64,000 nucleotides of DNA, taken from an uncultured Candidatus Poseidoniales archaeon (GTDB taxonomy: Archaea; Thermoplasmatota; Poseidoniia; Poseidoniales; Thalassarchaeaceae). The notes beneath the pieces were generated by a model. The model searched no databases. It saw nothing but the letters and a program-made list of their open reading frames with translations, and had not been told where the DNA came from. Position numbers and translations under genes: made by a program. Where the stretch lies: positions 57,108-121,107 of the forward strand of contig CAZXZO010000002.1 in the NCBI GenBank assembly GCA_964645485.1, in the 5' to 3' direction. Shown here piece by piece: positions 38,329 through 49,400 of this stretch (position 1 is the stretch's first letter; every line of letters begins with the position of its first letter).

Positions 38329-39870
38329 ATGGATTTTCCGTCATGGATTGCAAACGCGCCGTTTAAATTCGGTAAAGTTTTGATTGCAAACCGCGGTGAA
38401 ATTGCTTGCAGGATCATACGAGGCTGTCAAGAGATGGGGTTAGCCACAGTCGCTGTTTTCAACGACGCTGATGCAGATGCATTGCACGTTGAGTTGGCAG
38501 ATGAATCAGTTCACCTAGAAGGTGATGATTTGGCATCAACATATCTTTCAGCAAATTCGATAATCAATGCTTGTAGAAAAAGTAGAGCAGATGCCCTTCA
38601 CCCTGGTTACGGATTTCTTTCTGAAAGGGCAGATTTTGCAGAGTTGGTTGGAGCAAGTGGAATAATTTGGATTGGGCCACCAGCAAAAGCAATTGATTCA
38701 ATGGGTGATAAAGTAAAAGCTCGTAGATTGATGATTGATGCTGGAGTCCCTTTGGTGCCTGGTGCTGAACTAACTTCTCAAGATAATCTGAATGCTACTG
38801 TTGACCAATTACGTAGTTTGTCTAATGAAGTGGGTTTTCCAATTTTGTTGAAAGCCTCCGCTGGAGGTGGTGGAAAAGGGATGCGGGCTGTTGAAACATC
38901 CGGGGAACTTGAGGCGGCATATCTCTCGGCAAAACGTGAAGCACTTTCAGCATTCGGAGATGACACCATCTATCTAGAAAGACGAATAGTTTCACCTCGG
39001 CATATTGAGATCCAAATCCTCTGTGACACCCATGGTGGTGCAATTCACTTACTTGAGCGAGAATGTAGTATCCAAAGGAGACATCAGAAGGTTATCGAAG
39101 AAGCACCTAGCGTGGCAATTTCTCCAGAGATGAGAGAACAAATGGGTGAGGCAGCGATAAATGCAGCCAAAGCAGTACACTATGTGGGTGCTGGAACTGT
39201 TGAATTCTTACTTTCGGGAGACGAATTTTTCTTCCTAGAAATGAACACTCGCCTACAAGTGGAGCATCCTGTGACTGAACTAGTGACAGGTGTCGATTTG
39301 GTTCAAGAGCAATTACGAATTGCTGCGGGTCATCCATTAGCGATTTCTCAAGATGAAGTTTTTCCACGTGGCTGGGCAATTGAGGCTCGAATTTATTCCG
39401 AAGATGCGGCCAATGGATTTTTGCCAGCAACTGGGCCTTTAGCAATTTTTAGGCCACCAGAGGGCCCGGGTATCCGTCTTGATACTGGTGTTAGGCAAGG
39501 TGATGAAGCGAGCCTTGACTTCGACCCAATGCTCGCCAAACTCATTGTTCACGCCCCCGATAGGATGCGCGCAATTGAGCGCATGTCTCGGGCATTAGAG
39601 GATTTCATAATTTTAGGTGTCACTACAAATATTGAATTCTTAAGAAGCGTAATAACTCATCAGAAGTTTGCCAGTGGAGACACAACTACCGATTTCATAG
39701 AATCAATTTGGTCTGATGGTTGGAATTCGGGCGGGGACCCTGCAGCGGCTGTTGTCGTTGCAGCAAGTGCTGAAAAATCCGGCCTTCACTTGGGGTCATT
39801 AAGCGGTGAACTTGGAGATTCACCTGACCCATATAATCCATTTTCCTCATTGTATAGGAGCTATCCATGA
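38329..39870 (+). CDS. Biotin carboxylase (MCC alpha subunit, N-terminal part)
   Basis: KVLIANRGEIA, HPGYGFLSE, KASAGGGGKGMR, ECSIQRRHQKVIEE, EMNTRLQVEHPVTE. Confidence 0.93.
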   Translation: MDFPSWIANAPFKFGKVLIANRGEIACRIIRGCQEMGLATVAVFNDADADALHVELADESVHLEGDDLASTYLSANSIINACRKSRADALHPGYGFLSERADFAELVGASGIIWIGPPAKAIDSMGDKVKARRLMIDAGVPLVPGAELTSQDNLNATVDQLRSLSNEVGFPILLKASAGGGGKGMRAVETSGELEAAYLSAKREALSAFGDDTIYLERRIVSPRHIEIQILCDTHGGAIHLLERECSIQRRHQKVIEEAPSVAISPEMREQMGEAAINAAKAVHYVGAGTVEFLLSGDEFFFLEMNTRLQVEHPVTELVTGVDLVQEQLRIAAGHPLAISQDEVFPRGWAIEARIYSEDAANGFLPATGPLAIFRPPEGPGIRLDTGVRQGDEASLDFDPMLAKLIVHAPDRMRAIERMSRALEDFIILGVTTNIEFLRSVITHQKFASGDTTTDFIESIWSDGWNSGGDPAAAVVVAASAEKSGLHLGSLSGELGDSPDPYNPFSSLYRSYP

Positions 39871-39880
39871 GGTGTTTAAT

Positions 39881-40390
39881 ATGAAGGAATTCACCAATCA
39901 AACAGATGGCAGTAATTGGGCTGTTGGTGTTATCGATACCGCAAGTGGTTACTCTGCAATTCAAATTGAAACTGAAGGCGAGCTCTTAGATCTACAAGAT
40001 TGGCGCGTTTCATTTGGTACATCTCCAAACGAGGCTTTGCTCGAGCGTGGCGATCGAGAAGAACGCTTGGTGATTGTCAAGGTAGGTGACACTTGGTGGG
40101 TTCATCATAACGGCCATACTTCAAAAGTAGATGTTGTAGAACGAGGGGCAGTCAGCACTTTTGCTAACAGTGGTGGTTTGACTTCACCGATGCCCGGAAA
40201 AATCCTCAGTGTCATGGCCTCTGTAGGTGAACCTGTAGACGAAGGACAAACTTTGCTAATTTTGGAAGCCATGAAAATGGAGAATCGTATCTGCTCTCCA
40301 GTCAATGGTGTGGTTTCAGCAATACACTATGAAGTTGGAGACCAAGTTAACCAAGGCGAAGTCCTCATCGCTATTGAAGAGTCTGAATAA
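39881..40390 (+). CDS. Biotin carboxyl carrier protein with an N-terminal BT-like segment
   Basis: SPMPGKI, LEAMKME biotinylation motif. Has its own SD (GAGGTG) and ATG 39881. Confidence 0.9.
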   Translation: MKEFTNQTDGSNWAVGVIDTASGYSAIQIETEGELLDLQDWRVSFGTSPNEALLERGDREERLVIVKVGDTWWVHHNGHTSKVDVVERGAVSTFANSGGLTSPMPGKILSVMASVGEPVDEGQTLLILEAMKMENRICSPVNGVVSAIHYEVGDQVNQGEVLIAIEESE

Positions 40391-40407
40391 CCAATTGGAA
40401 AATCAAT

Positions 40408-41691
40408 TTACCAATTGCAAGATTGGAGGATTTTTTGGCCCTGCATATATGGTTGTAGAACTACTGGAATCTGCACCAATCCATCTTCCATTTGATTTTG
40501 CTCAATTATTGCTACCAATGCTCTGCTAGTAGCAACCGCTGTTGAGTTCAAAGTGTGGACAGCCTCATTTCCATCCGCAGTTCGATACCTCATTCGCAGT
40601 CGATTGGCTTGATAATCGGTGCAGTTCGAACATGACACTACTTCTTTGTAGGCTTCAACTCCAGGAAGCCATGCTTCTAAATCATATTTTTTAGCAGCCA
40701 CTGTCCCCATATCCCCAGTACAAATATTGACAATTTCATAATGTAGGTCTAAGGAATTCCAAAGTTCAACACAGTTAGTGAGTAACTCTTCGTGTAAATC
40801 CCATGAGTCACCAGGTTTGCTGATGATTATTTGTTCAATCTTGGTGAATTGATGAACTCTCCATATTCCCTTATCAGATTGTCCATGGGCGCCCACTTCT
40901 CGTCTAAAACAGGGCGAAACACCAACCATTCTCAGAGGCAGCATTGATGGTTCAATTACCTCATCCATGAACATAGCAGTAAGCGGGTGTTCACTTGTTG
41001 CTATAGTGTAGAAACCTTCTGGCTGAACATTATACATCACTGTTTCAAAATCACCCAAGTCTGTAACTCCTTCGTACGCCTTGCGGTTCATCATCACGGG
41101 GGGTTGTACGAGTGTGTATTCTCTTGAAGTGAGGAAATCTATGGCGTATTGTTGTAAGGCTAATTCCAGCCGTGCTAGGTCTCCTTTCAGAAAGTAGAAG
41201 CGGCTTCCAGCAATCTTAGCAGCTCTAGGTAGGTCAACCCATTTATTCATGTCAACGAGTTCATTGTGGGTTTTTGGGTCAAATGAAAAAACTTGCTTTT
41301 GACCATGTTTACTGTGTTGTGTATTACCACTCTCATCCTCCCCGACTGGAACACTATCGTGGAGAATGTTTGGAATCTTCATTCTCAAACTGTCTCGGTT
41401 TTTGATGAGATCATTTGATTGAATTCCCAACTCATCTATCTGTGCACCTATTGTTGCTACTTGGGCTAAGATTTTCTCAGCCTCTTCATTGTTGCCAGTT
41501 TTTTTTGCTTCGCCAATCCCTCTCGCGGCCACATTTCGCTCACGCCTAAGTTGGTCAGCATCATAACGAGCCTTCTTCCAAGCGTCGTCAAGACGAATTA
41601 CCTCATCGATGCTGTCATGAGGAATCCCTCTCTTGTCGTGGTCAGCACGCACAATATCTGCGTGGTCCCGAAACATCTTGATGTCTAACAT
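40408..41691 (-). CDS. serS: Seryl-tRNA synthetase
   Basis: MLDIKMFR, coiled-coil arm, IATSEHPL, CFRREVG, RVHQFTKIE, EVVSCSNCTDYQANRL, HTLNSTAVATSR. Confidence 0.97.
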   Translation of the reverse strand: MLDIKMFRDHADIVRADHDKRGIPHDSIDEVIRLDDAWKKARYDADQLRRERNVAARGIGEAKKTGNNEEAEKILAQVATIGAQIDELGIQSNDLIKNRDSLRMKIPNILHDSVPVGEDESGNTQHSKHGQKQVFSFDPKTHNELVDMNKWVDLPRAAKIAGSRFYFLKGDLARLELALQQYAIDFLTSREYTLVQPPVMMNRKAYEGVTDLGDFETVMYNVQPEGFYTIATSEHPLTAMFMDEVIEPSMLPLRMVGVSPCFRREVGAHGQSDKGIWRVHQFTKIEQIIISKPGDSWDLHEELLTNCVELWNSLDLHYEIVNICTGDMGTVAAKKYDLEAWLPGVEAYKEVVSCSNCTDYQANRLRMRYRTADGNEAVHTLNSTAVATSRALVAIIEQNQMEDGLVQIPVVLQPYMQGQKILQSCNW

Positions 41692-41740
41692 TTGCCTTCA
41701 CCCTGCTGATTCATATCATCCTCTTGAACCCACTCATCAT

Positions 41741-43909
41741 CTAAAATATTGTAATACCGAAGGAAACTGACTCATATCCTAATGCGATAAATCCAGTGAT
41801 TAAATATCCTAGAATACTACCTCCATTGAGTAAAGGTAACCCTGCTTGAGGGCGGCCCATCGCAACGTACCCCATTAGAGCTAAGTAACCAAGAAGACCA
41901 CCAATAAGCGAGCCTAATGCCACAAACATAGGATCACTCAATCCCATGATAGTTCCACCAGATGGCAGGAATGTCAGGGCTGATATGACTAACATGCCAG
42001 GGAAAATGACATCACCTAATCCCATGAATAACGCATCACCGGTATTTTTCTTAGGGGCCGGGCGGGGCGGTTCTGGAGGAGGCGCTTTAGCACCACTCTT
42101 CGGTCCACTATCCTTCATTGGGGCAACGGGTGGCCCATCCATCTTACTGATTGTGTCTTCACCCTCGTCAAGGAAAGAGTATCCCTTATCTTGAGGGGCG
42201 ACTAACAATATTGGGAGTTTGAGCCCTATCATCGTGTCCGCAAGGTCAAGCATGTGCTTCGATTTGTAAACCGCATACCAATCATAAATTGCGGCTACAA
42301 TCATGAAAATCAGAATTAATGTTGGAACAAAACTTACCCCAATAATGGTAATTACGCCAGCACCAGTTAAAATTCCGGTAGTGTTCACTATGTACCATTC
42401 GGGCCTGATTGTAAGAGCAATCATCAGTATAGTGGAAGCGACTAAAGCGACTATTTGTGACCAATAAATTGGTAACCAGTATCCAGCCGAATCTTGGAGA
42501 ATTATTGCAGGGTCATTCACAGGCGTAGCAATTATTGCACTTTGAGTGGTGTTTACAGTATAGGTTGTAAGCACACCATCTTCGATATCGATTTTATCCC
42601 AAGCAGGAACATCGATAGTGTGGATTATCATGTCGATTGACCCGTCTGAAACAGGTCCATCAATGATTAGACTCTCAACCATTACCCAACCTGAAAACAT
42701 CCGAGTTTCTCCTCCGGATGCAATCCAAACATCAACTCTTCCATCATGTTGGTCGTCAGCAAGCATTATGCCTTGGATTTCAGAATTAAATGCATCACGT
42801 TCGTTGAATTTAATATGTTCTTCAACATTCATTTCCACACCATCCCAGACAAAGCCGTAGACTTTTCCTTTCTCAGTTCCTAACATCAACAAACTGTCAG
42901 TTGAGTTTTCACTCCACCATTTGTATCCACTCCATGGAGAGTGGCCAAAGGCCGAGGCAGTGAATGCGTCTCCTGAATTTGGGGTGACTTGCCAAAGAAT
43001 TGACGCATTAAAATCTCCAAATTCACCGGTGTGTGGCTCATCTGGAATATCAACGATTCCAGCCCAACCAAATGAGACCAATAGTAGAGTGTTATCATTG
43101 AGCATACTGCCCTGCATAAATTCCCCTGAGGTGAATTGTTCGGGTAGGTTGTAGGCCCAACTATGGCTTGGAATATCAGGGTGGAAGGGGTCAACCTTAT
43201 GGATCACATTGTTGTAGATAGCCCAGTCATTTTCTTGCGAAGAAAAACCAGCAACGCAGGTGACATCTGTATGGTTTGTGAGTGGGGTGCCATCAGACTT
43301 GTCTAAAGATTGCCACCGATTTCCATCACACATTACATATGAGTCAAGATTGTCAACAATCGCGGTTCCTAAGGCTGAAAAACCACCATCCCGATAGAGA
43401 GAGAAATCCCACTCCACCTTTGCAGATTGCCCTCTTTCTAATCCACTTGGTTCACTCATTTTGATTAGATGAGTTCCGTTGGAGACTATGAAAGAAGAAG
43501 GTTCGTAATCAACGAAGAGAAAATCAGCGTCAAGTTCCATTTCATCACGATATTCGACTATCGGTTGTGCTTCATCCATAGCAAAAGATGCTAGAGGAAT
43601 CATCGCATAGGAAAGAGAAATCCAGAGAACAAACAGCACTCCCCATTTGATAATTGATTGGAGTCCTCTTTTGGCTAACCAGATGATAAAAGCAGTAAAT
43701 ACTAGAATCAGAATAAATTCCAAGCCGATTAAACCTACTTTAGTGGTTCCTGCCTCACCAAATGCTCTCGCTTCTGGCCTATCCCAGAACGGCTGAATGT
43801 AGATAGCAAGCAATATTGTGCCAACAAACATCGCGCCCATAGTAGTCATTGAGCGCCATTGGTCAGCCATCAAAGAAAGGATGTTTGCAAAGCGACTCTC
43901 ACCGGTCAT
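41741..43909 (-). CDS. Presenilin/SPP-like GxGD intramembrane aspartyl protease with a large soluble insertion
   Basis: YDWYAVYKSKHM (YD), MGLGDVIFPG (GxGD), QAGLPLLNGG (PAL-equivalent). About 360 hydrophilic aa lie between the early TMs. Start 43909 or 43870. Confidence 0.82.
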   Translation of the reverse strand: MTGESRFANILSLMADQWRSMTTMGAMFVGTILLAIYIQPFWDRPEARAFGEAGTTKVGLIGLEFILILVFTAFIIWLAKRGLQSIIKWGVLFVLWISLSYAMIPLASFAMDEAQPIVEYRDEMELDADFLFVDYEPSSFIVSNGTHLIKMSEPSGLERGQSAKVEWDFSLYRDGGFSALGTAIVDNLDSYVMCDGNRWQSLDKSDGTPLTNHTDVTCVAGFSSQENDWAIYNNVIHKVDPFHPDIPSHSWAYNLPEQFTSGEFMQGSMLNDNTLLLVSFGWAGIVDIPDEPHTGEFGDFNASILWQVTPNSGDAFTASAFGHSPWSGYKWWSENSTDSLLMLGTEKGKVYGFVWDGVEMNVEEHIKFNERDAFNSEIQGIMLADDQHDGRVDVWIASGGETRMFSGWVMVESLIIDGPVSDGSIDMIIHTIDVPAWDKIDIEDGVLTTYTVNTTQSAIIATPVNDPAIILQDSAGYWLPIYWSQIVALVASTILMIALTIRPEWYIVNTTGILTGAGVITIIGVSFVPTLILIFMIVAAIYDWYAVYKSKHMLDLADTMIGLKLPILLVAPQDKGYSFLDEGEDTISKMDGPPVAPMKDSGPKSGAKAPPPEPPRPAPKKNTGDALFMGLGDVIFPGMLVISALTFLPSGGTIMGLSDPMFVALGSLIGGLLGYLALMGYVAMGRPQAGLPLLNGGSILGYLITGFIALGYESVSFGITIF

Positions 43910-43975
43910 GACTACGGCGAGAGTGAAAACCCATTTGAAAGCGAGGGTCACAAGAGAGAGCGTGGGCGGGTATCT

Positions 43976-45328
43976 GTGAGTGATGTACGAGAGTGGTTTA
44001 CCGGGCTGAAAGTGCTTGGAATGCGGCAGAGTCTTGAAATAACTGCCGTTTTATTGTCCCGTCTTGGGATGCCTCATCTCAAATTTCCATCAATCCATGT
44101 TGCAGGAAGTAATGGCAAAGGGACAGTTTGTTCAATTCTATCAAATTGTTTGTCACTAGCAGGTGTGAACAGTGGATTGTTCACCTCCCCACATCTCTGT
44201 TTTGTAGAGGAGAGAGTTAGGATAGATGGGGTACCAATCTCACCCACAATTTTTGACCTATATCTTGAGAGAATTCGAGATGCATCTCAAGTTGAACCAG
44301 TTACAATGCCGACATATTATGAGGCCACTTTTCTAGTTGCGATGTTGGCATTTGAGGATGCGGGAATTGACCGAGCCGTAATTGAGACTGGACTTGGTGG
44401 TAGACTTGATTCAACGAGATTAGTACATGCTGATTGTTGCGTACTTACTGAGTTGGCACTCGAACACACCGATGTCTTAGGCGAAACCCTTGCTGAAATT
44501 GCTGGAGAGAAAGCAGCAATTGCTCGACCAGGCGAAGTTTTTCTTGCCAAATGGACTTATGACGCTGGAGCAAGACAAGCGATTGAAGATGCAGTTGGTG
44601 ACCACAAACTAGGCTATTGGTGGAGGCCAGATAGAGCCTTATTAGTTCGATTTGATGATACTGATAAGAGCCATCGCCCAATTTCGGAAATTGCCACACC
44701 GAGCGGTTGGTCACCATACCAAAAGGAAGCCTCAATTCTCGCCCATGCAACATTAACTCTTCTCGAATTGTACAAGCCTGCTAGGATGATGGCTAGTGCT
44801 CTCCTTCATACTGTCTGGCCAGGGCGTGTCCAATGGCTTGAACATGAAGAGGTTCCAATTCTCATAGACGCGGCCCACAACCCGAGTGGAATGCAAAAAA
44901 TCTGCACACAGTTACGTGTTCAAATGGAGAGCGATGAAGCTCCAACCCCAGGGGTTGTGCTGTTAGGCTGCACATCCCAAACAGATTTAGTTGGATTTCT
45001 CAATCCTTTAGTGGAACTACTAGTCGAAGGAGAGGTAGGTCATGTTGTGGTCACTGAGCCACAGAAAGGAAGGCGACCGGCTATATCAACAAAGGAATTG
45101 GCTGCTGAATTAGAAGCACAAGGAGTGCCAGCGGTAATTGAGGAGGTCAAACATCCTGCAGAAGCACTGCAAAGAGCACTGGAATTGTCAAAGCAAGATG
45201 CCAACCAACCAGTTCTAGGAATTGGCTCAATTTACCTGGTGGGGAATTTACTTTCTGCACTTGGTCTTGATACAATAGAAGCAATGACAACACTCCGTCC
45301 CTCCGAGGAAGGAGTCCATTGGACTTGA
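43976..45328 (+). CDS. folC: Folylpolyglutamate/dihydrofolate synthase
   Basis: HVAGSNGKG, FTSPHL, ERVRIDG, ETGLGGRLDSTR, IAGEKAAI, WPGR, DAAHNP, GSIYLVG. Start GTG 43976. Confidence 0.92.
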   Translation: MSDVREWFTGLKVLGMRQSLEITAVLLSRLGMPHLKFPSIHVAGSNGKGTVCSILSNCLSLAGVNSGLFTSPHLCFVEERVRIDGVPISPTIFDLYLERIRDASQVEPVTMPTYYEATFLVAMLAFEDAGIDRAVIETGLGGRLDSTRLVHADCCVLTELALEHTDVLGETLAEIAGEKAAIARPGEVFLAKWTYDAGARQAIEDAVGDHKLGYWWRPDRALLVRFDDTDKSHRPISEIATPSGWSPYQKEASILAHATLTLLELYKPARMMASALLHTVWPGRVQWLEHEEVPILIDAAHNPSGMQKICTQLRVQMESDEAPTPGVVLLGCTSQTDLVGFLNPLVELLVEGEVGHVVVTEPQKGRRPAISTKELAAELEAQGVPAVIEEVKHPAEALQRALELSKQDANQPVLGIGSIYLVGNLLSALGLDTIEAMTTLRPSEEGVHWT

Positions 45329-45364
45329 CGGTATCATCATTAGGCTGGCACGTCACGACAAGGT

Positions 45365-45859
45365 TTGTCGGTGGTTAATGTGAAGGAGAAGCATCTGAAA
45401 ATTCGTATCGAGCAGTGTTTGGCCTTGGCAAAAGCCAGTAATTGCCCAAGGGCAAAATTTGGTTCACTACTAGTTGACCCGGACCGCAATGTCATTTTGA
45501 TGGATGGCTACAATGGCGGTCCTAGAGGTGGAGGAGATTTGTGTGGAGGAGATGTTTGTTTACGGGATACTGAAAAAGTAGTTTCAGGAACTAGAGTAGA
45601 AGTCGGATGTCATCATGCAGAAATGAACGTAATTTGTAATGCTGCAGCAAATGGAGTACCAACAAAGAATGCGTGGCTAATTGTTACCGGTGAACCTTGT
45701 ATGATGTGTGCAAAGTTGATTCACCATTCAGGGGTATCAAGAGTAATCGTTGTAGACGGTGGTTTTGGCGGAGCAAATGGCATAGACTATCTTGATAATC
45801 ACGGGGTTATAGTTCAGCGAACCGATGGACCCAAAGACCCTCGTGGTGATTTAAAGTAA
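45365..45859 (+). CDS. dCMP deaminase (ComEB-like)
   Basis: GYNGGP, HAEMN, PCMMCAK zinc-binding motifs. Start may be GTG 45380. Confidence 0.88.
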   Translation: MSVVNVKEKHLKIRIEQCLALAKASNCPRAKFGSLLVDPDRNVILMDGYNGGPRGGGDLCGGDVCLRDTEKVVSGTRVEVGCHHAEMNVICNAAANGVPTKNAWLIVTGEPCMMCAKLIHHSGVSRVIVVDGGFGGANGIDYLDNHGVIVQRTDGPKDPRGDLK

Positions 45860-45865
45860 GATTAT

Positions 45866-46414
45866 TTATTCTTCAAACGAATCAATCAACTCTTGCAATT
45901 GACGGTGTAACTCATCAACATCTCCATCATTTTGAATTACAACATCGGCCATTGCAGCCGTAGCGATTAATGCTTGGCCACTTTCATCATGAGCCACCAA
46001 TTCAGATTCTTCTTGGCCAACAAATTGTTCAAAATTTTCAGCATCACCAGTTCGTCCACGTGAAACTAAACGCTCCCATCGCACTTCTAAGGAGGTTCGA
46101 ACTTCGATCATGATGAAATCCTTACGCTTTCTGAGGGCTTCAACCTCAGCGGGTGTCCTGATGCTGTCAATAGCATGATTACCACCTTCGCCAATTCGGT
46201 CAAGCAACATTTCTGCTAAAATTCCAGGGCCACCCATAGCACGGAGTTTTCTTCCCCCATCAATTAGATTGTCACGATTTATTTCACGGCCATTAGAGCG
46301 TAGCCAATGGCGAATAGAGTCAGAACAAGAATTTACGCCGAACCCTCGTTGTTTGAACCATTCAATCACAGTTGTTTTTCCAGACGCATTACGTCCAGTT
46401 AACCCTACCAACAT
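45866..46414 (-). CDS. P-loop nucleotide kinase-like protein (UPF0200/dephospho-CoA kinase-like)
   Basis: GLTGRNASGKT, IDSIRTPAEVE, RWERLVSRGR, ADVVIQN. Confidence 0.7.
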   Translation of the reverse strand: MLVGLTGRNASGKTTVIEWFKQRGFGVNSCSDSIRHWLRSNGREINRDNLIDGGRKLRAMGGPGILAEMLLDRIGEGGNHAIDSIRTPAEVEALRKRKDFIMIEVRTSLEVRWERLVSRGRTGDAENFEQFVGQEESELVAHDESGQALIATAAMADVVIQNDGDVDELHRQLQELIDSFEE

Positions 46415-46471
46415 TGAAGCCACCGAGTATGTCACCGTTCAAAGCAATAACGGCAATAACCAAGAATTGAA

Positions 46472-49400
46472 TCATGCCCAAAATCTTCTTGTTCTAGCAT
46501 AATTGAGTTCAGCTTCGTGAATAATCTTCAGCATTAATTCTCGTTCTCCTTTTGGAACTCTGTTGAGAATACGGGACGCGGTTTCTTCTCCAACTCCTCG
46601 AGCCATCAAGCAAATGAGTGCTTCAATGCCCCTTTGCCGGACAATGTGAGCATTTTTCTCCATTCTTGCCTGTACTGTCTGGTCTTCTGAAGCAACCCAA
46701 CCTGCCAACATTTCTTCTAATCCTTCGCGGCTTGCAGCAAGCATGGTTCCCCCACAATCACAATGGGTATGCTTGGCTCCATACATGGCTACGCGAGTCC
46801 GCATGCGCGAGGCACAAGCCAAACAGATTAGCACAGCTCTTTCGTTCACTAAGCGCTCTTCTAGACGAACCCTGACTTCAGCATCTGACCAATTTGGTAA
46901 TAGCAGGTCTTTTTCACTTCGTGGAGAAATCCCTAGAGGACCAGAAGCGGTTTGTTCTATTCGGACTGCACCTGCTTGAATAGCCTCTAGCAGCGCTACT
47001 GTGCCATCAATATCCATTTGGTCATGGAATAATTTATCCAAAGCCTCGTCAAGAACAACTGTGCCTCGATAGCGATTAATGATTCCTTGAAGGTTTACAC
47101 GTCGCGGGTCGACACCTCGTTGTAGTATTCCAAAAATTTTGCACACTTGCACTAACCTTGCGCGAAGTTTCCTTCCATTAGGAATCGTCATTCGCATAAT
47201 GTCTCGTAAGGCCTCGGGTGGAGTTTCAGTCAGCCAAGTAACCATTGAATCTGCAGTTAATGCTGGAACTTGCAGTGAAATTCGGTAAGGGTCGATGATG
47301 GCTCGCCCACTTTTTCCGTCAATTGTAGACGCCATCGCTTGCAAAAAATGTGCCAGTGCTGCATTCACTTTATTGCCATGGCAACAGTTGAGCACTAGAG
47401 CATCTCGACGGGCCTCAACAGTGAGAAGTCTAGCATTAGGTATGCATCCAGTAGCATCCAAATGTTCTCCAATACTTGTTGTGAGAATACCAAGTGAATG
47501 GTCAGATACAGGATACTTTGAGAGTTTGTGTTTGTCAGGTAACTCTTCGAGCCAAGCGTTAACCTTTGGCCCAAAATTCTCATCCTTAGGATATTCCACA
47601 TCCCATCTATGGTCATCTGCAATTACCATTCTAAGATTGCCCACTTCACGAGCGATGTCTGCTGGGACTGCTGGCAATTCTCCAGCCCAGACTGGGGCTG
47701 TACTGATATCAGAAATTGGAGCGACCAACAACTCGCTTTTCTCTGGGTCAGCATCAATGATTTGCCAAGTCCTTCCCGCCATCACAAATCGGCGAGGTGA
47801 ACCATCTTCTTCCCCACCCGATGAATCTAATGACAACACAAAGGTTTCATCCACATTTCCTAAAGGTCTACGCGAAACCGAATCGCGAACAGAGTAACGT
47901 GTTTCGTCAGCGATCATGGAGAGGTGGTTTAGCATGTAATGGCGACTTCGCGAGCCTGGTGAGAACCATCCGTTCTTGAGGTTCTTTGGAAGAGTAGAGC
48001 GCAAGGCCTTCGACCAAGTCTCTCGCTGTTCGTCGGAAACCCCCTCAAGTTCTTCTCGCTTAGGTCTTTTTTCGGGCAAATCTTTGTTTTTCTCTGCTGC
48101 ATTTTGCCAGATAATCGGTGGCCAATCAATTGGGTCAGAGTTGACTGGTTTTTCAACTAATTTTAGCAACCTCCTATCGTCAAGGATTGTGATGATTTCG
48201 TGAATTTCGCTATCGGTAATATCAGAGAATATAGGAGCCCTACGAAGTAAGGTTGCTGCTGATGAGAGCGGGATTACTTTTTCAGCAATCGCAGTCAAAA
48301 TTAGTTGGTTTGCAACTACCGAGAGTGGTTTTCTACGCCATTCGACTCCTTCTAGTTGGCTAGACATAGCCCGCCTGGTGATTACAGCAGATTCAGCGAT
48401 GTCATCATTTTCCCAACACAGTAGCATCCCTCTTGATGTGCCTCCCAAAACGTGCTCAGCCCTGCCAACTCTTTGCAGCAACCTGTCTACAGCGCGTGGC
48501 GACTGAACTTGATGCACTTGTTTGATTGAGCCTACATCAATTCCTAATTCAAGACTTGAAGTGCAGACAAGTCCATGCAGATTTCCTTTCTGCAATTCAG
48601 ATTCCATTTCTTGCCGAGTTTCGGCTGCCAAGGAACCGTGATGAACCCCTATATTCAACCCTTCATCGAGTTTACTTATTCTTTGAGCAACTGTTTCAGC
48701 GGCGTTTCTAGAGTTTACAAATATCAAGCAAGGAGCGCTTTCCTTTACTTTTGATGCTAAGCGGCGAAGAGCCGCGAGACCTCTTGGCGAAACATGGAGT
48801 TCTAGTGAAAGTGCACGGTCTTCTGCAGTAGTTGGTTCGGTCACAACTTGCAGTTCAGCAGGTCGTGGTGCAGGCGCATTGATTGGGGTGGCAGTTGGTG
48901 AAAGCCAACCAGCCATTTCATCAGGATTCCCCACAGTTGCAGACAACCCAATTCGTTGAACACGTCGGCCACATAATTCATCTATCCTCTCTAGAGCAAC
49001 AGTCAATTGTGCACCTCTTTCAGAAGCCGCTAAATCGTGCACCTCATCAATCACAACTGCTCGGAGATTGCTCATGCCTTCTCTTAGTCGACTACCAAAC
49101 AACAGTAATTGGCAAGTTTCTGGGGTGGTGACAAGAAGGTGAGGAGGGTTACGAGATTGTTTTGTTCTCTGTGATTGGGTTGTGTCTCCATGACGAACAT
49201 CAGAACGTAAGCCACACGCCTGAGATAATGACTCAATTCTCCGGTCAATATCTCGGTTCAAGGCCCGTAGTGGGGTGATGTAGAGAATACACATTGGTTG
49301 CCATTTTTGTGTGATGGCGCGAGATAATAATGGCATCACTGCCGCTTCGGTTTTACCGCTTCCTGTGGGTGCTATTAGCAAGTGGTCTGAGCCATCAAGA

